9,209 nucleotides of DNA from Octopus sinensis (lineage: Eukaryota). Below are positions 1 to 7,019 of the stretch, one piece after another. The position numbers were made by a program, and so were the translations under genes. Numbering within the stretch: position 1 is the stretch's first letter; each line of letters begins with the position of its first letter. The notes under the pieces are model-generated. The model worked only from the letters and a program-made list of their open reading frames with translations. It had not been told where the DNA came from and did not search any database. The DNA lies in assembly GCF_006345805.1 (NCBI RefSeq), contig NW_021828014.1, positions 1 to 9,209 on the forward strand. Direction: 5' to 3'.

Positions 1-109
1 ATAATAATAATAATATGTCTACAGATCGCAGCTGATATATTGGAAAGGGGCAAAATAAGGGACAGAAAACTAGAACTACATGCACGATACATATAATAAA
101 GCCTCCCAA

Positions 110-420
110 AATCATGGTGGAAAATATCTCATCAGCATTGCCCAAATGATGTTGGCATCAGCTTTAAGATATACCCAAGGCCTGGGCCCCGTATTATCTG
201 TCACAACATAATCAAACTCGCATCACATAACAACAATACGGCAAAATTATTTCACCTCAAGTGGCCCCGGTCCATTTAGCATTACACAAAATACATTAAA
301 GCAGAAAAAGACCCCCATAAGTTCAAGAAGTATTTGGAAAAATCCTTCAAGAAATCCCGATAAAACTCCAACACCAGGATATGTCCCCGTAAACAGCAAC
401 TCTCCCTCCTCGAGTGGGTC
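110..420 (+). mobile_element. Degenerate 3' end of a non-LTR retrotransposon ORF2 (CR1/L2-group-like LINE), frameshifted
   Basis: Frameshifted peptides read WKISHQHCPNDVGISFKIYPRPGPR (118-192), HHITTIRQNYFTSSGP (221-268), KFKKYLEK, PDKTPTPGYVPVNSNS (356-403) and LLEW (406-417). This fits the FKxxLDxFLxxIPDxP...GY...NSL C-terminal pattern of CR1-group LINEs. The clade call is from remembered motif pattern. 421-502 may be its 3' UTR. Confidence 0.65.
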
Positions 421-499
421 ATGTTGTCCGCATCCTGATTCGCCCGGTAGTGGGGATTACGTTAAACATGACCTGCGCTAATGCTGGCGCGACCTATCA

Positions 500-502
<3 letters not shown>

Positions 503-538
<36 letters not shown>
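503..538. repeat. (AT)n microsatellite
   Basis: Uninterrupted AT dinucleotide run directly visible. Confidence 0.98.
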
Positions 539-541
<3 letters not shown>

Positions 542-830
542 CGTGATCACGTGACCGACCAGTCCATCAGATGTAGTTACACATCGCCGGTCACAATGCA
601 TTCGCATGTTTTAGCCTTCGAATGACGCCACCCCACTGGCTAAGCGAGCAGGCCAACAGAAGAAAGAGTGGTGAAAGAGTACAGCAGGGATCACCACCCC
701 CCTGCTGGAGCCTCGTGGAGCTTTTAGATTTTTTCGCTCAATAACACTCGCAACGCCAAGTCTGGAATCGAAACCGTGATCCTACAACCGCGAGTCCGCT
801 GCCCTAACCACTGGGCCATTGTACCTCCAC
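539..830 (-). mobile_element. tRNA-derived SINE, apparently full length (about 290 bp)
   Basis: The minus strand begins GTGGAGGTACAA, then A box TGGCCCAGTGG (818-808) and B box GGTTTCGATTCC (775-764) at tRNA-like spacing. A non-tRNA body follows with an 8-bp stem hairpin (682-707, CAGCAGGG/CCCTGCTG), ending in TCACGTGATCACGTGA and then (AT)n. It resembles octopus tRNA-derived SINEs from memory. Confidence 0.9.
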
Positions 831-834
831 ACAC

Positions 835-876
<42 letters not shown>

Positions 877-880
877 CCTC

Positions 881-924
<44 letters not shown>

Positions 925-930
925 AGATAT
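831..930. repeat. Interrupted (AT)n microsatellite
   Basis: AT runs at about 835-871 and 884-921 are separated by TGTGCCTCCACA. Confidence 0.95.
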
Positions 931-988
931 ATCATCATCATCATCATCATCGTTAACATCCATTTTCCGTGATAGCACGGGCTGGACG
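931..988 (-). mobile_element. Very short 5'-truncated retroposon 3' tail (RTE-type) ending in (GAT)n
   Basis: (ATC)7 at 931-951 is followed by CGTTAACATCCATTTTCCGTGATAGCACGGGCTGGACG. This is homologous to the sequence after the (TCA)n run at 4899-4960 (CGTTTAACGTCCGTTTTTATAGTAGCATGGGTCGGACG). Confidence 0.8.
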
Positions 989-1207
989 AAAATATATATA
1001 AGTAATATTCGTAGGCACGCCAACATGAGTATCTGTTCGGATGGACTCTACTGCGAATGTTTAACCCCAAGAGAACACCTCCTCTAGCTAATTACCAATG
1101 CAAAGGTGCATCCGATTAATTGCGAGCAGGGGATCGAACCCCTACCATCTTATAGCAACAGAACCAGCAACCAGGTCTGGTTTCGGGCTATTCCTGCCAC
1201 TCTTCAG

Positions 1208-1257
1208 TACTGGACACCTCATCTGCTAATCTGTGGAGACAGGATGTATATAATAAA
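1208..1257 (+). CDS. Candidate 50-bp upstream exon (uncertain)
   Basis: Pyrimidine-rich acceptor TTCCTGCCACTCTTCAG| and donor AAA|GTATGC. The length (50 nt, phase 0 to phase 2) is compatible with the phase-2 start of the RING exon, giving YWTPHLLICGDRMYII-K-CLLC. An alternative open frame reads LDTSSANLWRQDVYNK. No recognisable domain. Confidence 0.3.
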
Positions 1258-1633
1258 GTATGCGTATATAAAGAAACCTCTGTAGATATATTTGTTCAGA
1301 AGAAATGAGTTCGATGTGAGAAGTGAATATATTTCTGGAATATATGCAGTTCACTGTGTGTCAACCAATTTCTATGATGTATCAGGTCATGACAAACATT
1401 TATCAATGTATGTATGCATGAGTGTGTATACTTGTATGTGTGTGTGGTGTGTGTGTTTCTGCGTCATTTAACTAACACAATGCTGTATGTATGTAAAATA
1501 TTTAAAGAAGAGTTTCTGCTCTACCCTTGGTAGTTACTGATGTATCTTATAATATTCTCTATTCCGAACATGTAAATAATATAATATTTATTATAAATGA
1601 ATGTTATTGATTGGATGTTCTGTTTGTCCACAG

Positions 1634-1771
1634 ATGTTTGTTGTGCAGAAATAAAGAGGCCACAACAAAGTTCATCCCTGTGAACACCTTCTGACATGTG
1701 AAGAATGTTCAAACGTTCCACTTAACGATGCCTGAGGTGTTTGAAACCTGTAACAAGCAGAGGTCGAGTTG
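1634..1771 (+). CDS. Exon encoding a C3HC4 RING finger (Mind bomb/IAP-like RING-HC E3 ligase); two 1-bp deletions as written
   Basis: Acceptor TTCTGTTTGTCCACAG| (AG 1632-1633) and donor TTG|GTAAGA (1772). Correcting single-base gaps at about 1674-1678 and 1724-1725 gives CLLCRNKEATTKF(I/H)PCEHLLTCEECSNVPL(K)RCLRCLKPVTSRGRV. All eight ligands are present in the pattern C-x2-C, P-C-x-H, C-x2-C, C-x2-C. Confidence 0.8.
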
Positions 1772-2091
1772 GTAAGAATATTCTTTGCTGATCTGTCTGT
1801 TTGTCCTGCTTGTCCCATTGCCCTTATTGTGTAGAATAATATACTTCATGTTGTTATGTAGACAGAGGTCTGCCATAATCTGGCAGATTTATGATAAAAG
1901 GGTGTTCCTAGTGTCTGTTCTCTGTAATAGTATATCTCTCACACTACATCCACTAAACATTGACCTTATCCAAGTAGGAAACATGTCACACTTCAAGAGG
2001 GTTGTAGTCTGCAACATAAAGATAATGGACGATTCTGCAAGATAATTAGTGAGTAACTGAAGTATCAATAAATCTCCATCAACTCTATAAT

Positions 2092-2139
2092 TAATTATGA
2101 GTTATTAGAAGATAATTATGAGTTATTAGAAGATAATTA
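2092..2139. repeat. 21-bp tandem duplication (2.3 copies)
   Basis: TAATTATGAGTTATTAGAAGA twice (2092-2112, 2113-2133) plus TAATTA. Confidence 0.95.
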
Positions 2140-2875
2140 AATACAACAGTACTTACAAGGACATCTGTGTCATCTTTGGCAAAGTATTAAATTCAGTAGA
2201 ATATTTTAAAGGAGTAAAATTATATGTCACTAGTTTGAGAGACTTTAACACACAATTCCATGTTGTTATGTTTGTAATTGGAGGGTATTAAGGCTAATAG
2301 AGACAGTTTTGTTTGTCAAGCAACCAGATCATGAAACCTTCAAATATATCCTGAATGAGGTGACATTCTGGTGAACTGTGAAGTTAAAATTAGGGATTAT
2401 CAGCAACAATGTTTAACAAAAAGATTAGGTGTATGTATTACCTTCTTGAAGTGGTTGTGACATGTGTTTGTTGTTATATCTTTGATGAATAAATATGTTG
2501 ACACTGGAATTAAACAGGTTGTTAGTGAAGATCAGGGTTTTGAGAATACATTTAGGGTCATAGATATAAGCAAGGAAACCAAAACCTACAGATTAACTGT
2601 TATTATGTGATATAATTACAGCATTGTTAGATTATGTAGGATATCTTAACAGAAAGAGGAAATTTACAAAGATCAACTAGAGTTCGTTTTGGAGCTAAAT
2701 ATTGGCTATTACATGGGTCCACTGTTGAAAGTATAAAAATATTGACCAAAAGCATTATGATCGCTGGTTGGCCATTGATGATATGAATGTCTCTCAATAA
2801 TAAAATATAGATTATTAATAAATATAAAGGGATTGTGCTATAAATAAATATAAAACTTGGAGACACATATTTCAG

Positions 2876-2920
2876 AGAGTCCAAAGTTTGAAGAGAAGGG
2901 AGTGCAGACTGTGGCAGAGA
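2876..2920 (+). pseudogene. Mini-exon A (45 nt), (E)SPKFEEKGVQTVAE; splice donor defective as written
   Basis: Acceptor ATATTTCAG| (2875) is homologous to those of exons B and C. The donor position reads A|TGAGTTTGAAATTA, where the paralogues have G|GTGAGTATAAAATAA. Restoring one G gives a phase-1/1 exon. Confidence 0.65.
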
Positions 2921-3247
2921 TGAGTTTGAAATTAGAGATCTTAATTAATTTCTATAGATTTTACATTCACCTCAGCTATTTTGCTTATTAGAATGGTGGA
3001 GAACAAATCCCATTTCTAATTTCCATTTGAAAGGTTAGCTCTAAAGTAATTGTATTAAAAATATTACTGAAATTTCATAAAGTCATGTTTAACATGTTTG
3101 GTCAAATGGATAAATTAAAAGCCACAATAGAGTTAATATTGTCTTCTATGGAACTATAATTATGTTTTTTTTTGGTGTAAACTCGTGAGTTAATAAAATA
3201 GTTGTTTGTTTTTCTACTAAGATTTTTCGTAAGTTTTCTGATAGGTT

Positions 3248-4898
3248 ATTCTTGATGTTGTTATGTAGCCAGATGTCTGTCGTAATATTTTGTATTTTCT
3301 GGGGTTGTGTACCCTGAATGTCTCTGGTTAGAATACATTTGTAGTTGCAAATTAGAAAATTCTAATTAAATGTTAACTCTGTATAAGAATATTCATCATG
3401 AACTTAATTTTATTAAATGTTAAATTTAGTATTGAACCGTGAACATCTGTTTATATTTAAACAAATTATTGGTGTTTATACAAAATATACAATCAGAAAT
3501 TGAATATGACTTGAATACACAAATCCTTGATTGTAACTATGTATAATATACACTTATTACATTGTTTGGACAGCATTTACCATCCATATAGTCATTCTTT
3601 TTCTCACTCTTGTTAGATTTTAGATGATATTAATGCTAAAAGAGGCACAATTTTCTGAATGTTTCACCCTCTGGTCTTGATTGTTGCGTTCAAATTATTT
3701 AATGAAAGATAGTCATTGTTATTTGACCAGGAAATGAATTAATCATTGGTATTTGGCAGTGGACTTGGTTATATCTTTCTTCGTTTGCTCATGGAACTAC
3801 CATAATATTAGCTGTGCTGAGACACAATCATATTCATAGTAATGAAGGTTATATGTTCTTTACTCAGATTATATACAATCTATATTGATATCTAGTATTG
3901 CACCGTCAAGCACATTGCCATTGAATCACATATATACCCAATTATCATGATAATTAATAAGCTATAATTCATTAACTCTCTTACATTTGTATGTCTGAAA
4001 TGTAAACTTATTTTGCCATAGGAACATCGTGTACCCTCACCTTACATTTTATATCTTGTTAGGGATCATGTTGGGGAAGGGTGTATGGAATTTGGCTTGT
4101 GCAGATGTTTTTTAGGGGACAGATTGTGTGCGGAGTGGAGGGTATACACATAAAGGACATGTCTTTATGGGCTCAGTTTCACTTAATTAGAGAGGAATGT
4201 TGATTAGTGAATTCTAGAGATGAGAAGACTGTGCCATGCCATAGATTTGGCACAGTTATAAGAAAAGAAAGACAAAGCTAAGAGAAAACTGTCATCAAGT
4301 GTTAATTTTAATGAGATAATTGCTACATTGTTAGAATATTTAATGTGTTTCTAGAGAGAGAGAGGGTGGATTTAGAGATGTTAGTCTGTTTTATTGTGGA
4401 CATATTCTGTAGAAAGTACAGAAATATTGACCAAAACCATAATGGTCAACAGTTGACCAGCAACGACAGGAATTGAATGTCTCACAATAACAAGATAGAT
4501 TTTAATAAAAATAAAGATAAATAAATTCTACAATTAAATGTAAAACTTGTAAATGTTTATTTCAGCGTCTCCAAAGTTTGCAGACAAGGGAGTGCAAACA
4601 GATTTACAATTATTAGAGCCTACATCCGAGCAAAGTGGTGAGTATAAAATAACATTTCCCAATTGATTTCTATAAGATTTAATTTACCTGGGTATATTGT
4701 GTTTGAAAGAATAACTGAAAATAGGATCCACTCCTACTTTCCAATTGAACGATTATCTGAATTATCTGAACGATTAATTGAATAAAAGATATCGATTTAC
4801 TGAGAGTTTATGAAATACCCATTGAGGTTAATGCTGTTGGTAATAATGTTCAAATTAGAAGACACAATAGAGTTAATTTTATCATTTGGTCACAGACC
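3248..4898 (+). repeat. Tandem segmental unit 2 (intron + mini-exon B); boundaries approximate
   Basis: Exact 42-mer CATTTACCATCCATATAGTCATTCTTTTTCTCACTCTTGTTA (3574-3615 = 5442-5483). 3413-3697 aligns by eye with 5268-5575. 4190-4720 aligns with 2520-3000 and 8660-9160. Confidence 0.85.
4566..4637 (+). CDS. Mini-exon B (72 nt, phase 1/1), (A)SPKFADKGVQTDLQLLEPTSEQS
   Basis: Acceptor TTTATTTCAG| (4565) and consensus donor G|GTGAGT (4638). Length is divisible by 3, with no stop in the frame continuing from the RING exon. Confidence 0.8.
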
Positions 4899-5190
4899 TC
4901 ATCATCATCATCATCATCATCGTTTAACGTCCGTTTTTATAGTAGCATGGGTCGGACGATTTCACTGGAGAGGCAGTAGGCTGCGCCAGGATCCAATGTG
5001 ATCTGGCAAGGTTTCCACATATGTATGCCATTCCTAATACCAACCACTCAGAGAGTGTGGTGGGTGCTCTTTACGTGCCACCGACACAGGAACCAGTTGA
5101 GGTTGGGGCTGGCATTGACACCGTTCGGATGGTGCTTTTTACTTTCCCCCGGCACAGGGAACCAGCCAGGCGGAACTGGCAACAAACCAC
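4899..5190 (-). mobile_element. 5'-truncated RTE-type retroposon 3' UTR with (GAT)n tail and two about 68-bp internal repeats
   Basis: (TCA)n at 4899-4921, with the same tail-proximal sequence as 931-988. Internal imperfect repeats start with GGTGCT at 5063 and 5131 (GGTGCT..TTAC......CCG.CACAGG.AACCAG...CTGGCA). The GC-richer block interrupts otherwise homologous intron sequence. RTE assignment is from memory of octopus repeats. Confidence 0.8.
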
Positions 5191-5575
5191 TGAATAACAT
5201 TGTTATAAATTAAAAGGATTAAAAATCAAATCTCTAAGATTATAAGTATAATGATCGTTAACGTTGATTAAATATTAAATTTAGTATTGAACTGTGAACA
5301 TCTGTTTACATTTAAACAAAATATTGGTGTTGACATAAAATATAAAGATAGAAATTAAATATGAGTTCCCTGTGTGACTTGATCTCACAAATCCTTGTTT
5401 GTAATTATATATAATATACACTTACTACATTGTTTGAACAACATTTACCATCCATATAGTCATTCTTTTTCTCACTCTTGTTACATTTTAGATGATATTA
5501 ATGCTAAAAGAGGCACAGTTTTCTGAGTGTTTCACCTCTGGTTTTAGTTCTGACTTGATTGTTGCATTCAAATTT
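5191..5575 (+). repeat. Tandem segmental unit 3, left part
   Basis: Close direct-repeat match to about 3330-3697, including the 42-mer at 5442-5483. Homology stops abruptly at about 5575. Confidence 0.85.
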
Positions 5576-5589
5576 GACTACTCCCACAG

Positions 5590-5875
5590 CTGTTGTCATC
5601 CTTTGTCAGGTTCAACTTCTTATTTCCTTCAATTTGGATCTTCTGGCACTTCTTTATCCACATTTTTTAAATCCCCCATACTCATCCCATATCTGTACCA
5701 TCTCGTCTTTTGTGCGCTATCTCTGAATCTTCTAAACCCTAGTTTTGCTTCCAGCTCATCTCTGCTCCGGGACTTCAGCACATTAATATTACACTTCTTC
5801 TGAAGTATGCTCACTTCATTTTTTAACAGTTTTCATACATCCTCTATACTCTGTGAAACATTCCACTTTACAAAT
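5590..5875 (-). mobile_element. Old, highly decayed RTE-clade LINE ORF2 C-terminal fragment
   Basis: Minus-strand translation gives EDV*KLLKNEVSILQKKCNINVLKSRSRDELEAKLGFRRFRDSAQKTRWYRYGMSM, then after a shift WIKKCQKIQIEG. It is colinear with the + strand element's QDMRRLERDEACMIRWMCNVSV...KLGIRSIKCGVQERRLCWYGHVLRM...VMKCHSLTVEG. Confidence 0.7.
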
Positions 5876-5883
5876 ACACATCA

Positions 5884-6900
5884 GGGTTCACTAACGATCA
5901 GTCCTCAGCCCGCTCTTATTCCTTATAGTCCTCCAGGCAATAACAGGGAAATTCCAAGACAGGCTGCCCCTGGGAGCTCCTCTGTGCTGATGACCTCGGT
6001 CTAATAGTTGAGTCAATGCCAGAACTGGAGACAAAGTTTGGGGTGTGGAAGCAAGGTCTAGAATCGAAGGGCCTTAGAGTTAACCTAGTCAAAACCAAAG
6101 TCCTTGTAAGTAGGAAGGCTGTTAAATCACAACCCCTTTCAGGTAGATGGCCCTGCTCTATCTGTAGAAATGGAGAGGGTAGAAACTCCACACGATGTAA
6201 CCGGAGGAAGCTTTGGACACATAAAAGGTGCAGCAATATCAAAGAAAGTTAACCAGGAAAATAGTTTTTGTGTGTGGCAAATGCTCTGGGGCAATAAACA
6301 CTGAAAGTGTACAGAAAACAGATTCCATCACATGCCAGGGGAAGAAACTAGAAGTAGTTAATAGCTTCTGCTACCTAGGGGTTCAAGACTGTAGTGAGTG
6401 TGATTGCTCTGCGAATGTAGCGACTAGAGTAAGAATAGCCTGGGCAAAGTTGAGGGAGCTCCTACCTCTGCTGGCAACTAAAGGTATATCGCTCAGGGTG
6501 AAAGGTAGACTGCATGATGCATGTGTGCGAACAGCCATGTTACAGGGCAGGGAAACATGGGCCATGGGTGCTCAGGACATGCGTAGGCTTGAAAGAGATG
6601 AAGCTTGTATGATTCGCTGGATGTGTAACGTCAGTGTGCAATCACGACAAAGTTGGGCATAAGAAGCATCAAATGTGGTGTGCAAGAGAGGCGACTGTGC
6701 TGGTATGGTCATGTGTTACGTATGAATGAAGACAGCTGTGTGATGAAGTGCCACTCCCTCACTGTAGAAGGAACCTGTAGAAGAGGTAGACCCAGGAAGA
6801 CATGGGATGAGGTGATGAAGTATGACCTTCAAACATTGGCCTCACAATGGCAATAACAGGAAACCGGGATCTTGGGAGATACGCTTAGATTGAGAAAACC
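5884..6900 (+). mobile_element. RTE-clade non-LTR retrotransposon ORF2 fragment (RT C-terminal half + PHD-like Zn finger), inactive
   Basis: VH*RSVLSPLLFLIVLQAIT (the QGSVLSP motif, with stop TAA at 5892-5894). WELLCADDL is the YADD motif mutated to CADD (5983-5994). Also GLRVNLVKTK, FCYLG, ETW, RWMC, WYGHVLRM and RGRPRKTW. Frameshifts at about 5955, 6247, 6650 and 6838. No 5' portion or 3' tail is attached. Confidence 0.93.
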
Positions 6901-7019
6901 CCCTAGTGAATTCACCCACACACTGTTGGGGTGTATGCGCAGTAGTCCTCTAAATCCAAAATATTGACACCCATCAATACAGTAAGCATTTTGCATTCAC
7001 TTTTACTCCGTATTTTGGT

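Larger units (their letters stand above)
1841..3155 (+). repeat. Tandem segmental unit 1 (intron + mini-exon A); boundaries approximate
   Basis: Shared strings: 1841-1879 vs 3248-3286 (33/39 identical by hand), AAATATTGACCAAAA (2737-2751 = 4422-4436), CACAATAGAGTTAAT (3123-3137 = 4863-4877) and AATGTTTAACAAA (2408 = 8549). Confidence 0.75.

Noticed and set aside
755-830. Possible tRNA gene on the minus strand
   Set aside because: A and B boxes are present, but acceptor and anticodon stems do not pair properly and the sequence continues into a SINE body with no terminator.
724-1087. Three overlapping ORFs with IYIY and poly-D/S/M runs
   Set aside because: They are translations of (AT)n and (ATC)n microsatellites plus the SINE head, with no coding signature.
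1785-2045. Hydrophobic 86-aa ORF resembling a membrane peptide
   Set aside because: It begins just after the RING exon donor and overlaps duplicated intron sequence (1841-1879 matches 3248-3286). AT-rich DNA commonly yields such ORFs.
2049-2054. Consensus donor GTGAGT
   Set aside because: No convincing upstream acceptor or recognisable peptide, and no counterpart in units 2 or 3.
2627-2884. 85-aa minus-strand ORF
   Set aside because: It is antisense to duplicated intron and the exon A acceptor, and is not preserved as an ORF in the paralogous units.
4005-4060. Acceptor-like TTATTTTGCCATAG at about 4008-4021
   Set aside because: No paired donor and no meaningful peptide.
5492-5803. 103-aa + strand ORF
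   Set aside because: It spans duplicated intron and the antisense of a decayed RTE fragment.
5987-5993. CTGATGA, hammerhead ribozyme core-like
   Set aside because: These are the Ala-Asp-Asp codons of the RT (Y/C)ADD motif, and no supporting helices were found.
4899-6900. Twin-priming inversion linking the minus-strand tail or minus-strand RT piece to the + strand RTE body
   Set aside because: The tail is separated from the body by about 700 bp including host intron. The minus RT piece overlaps the same ORF2 region as the plus piece and is too diverged to be the same insertion.
6901-7019. Possible transposon terminal inverted repeat
   Set aside because: No matching inverted sequence near 8520-8550 and no TSD could be identified by eye.
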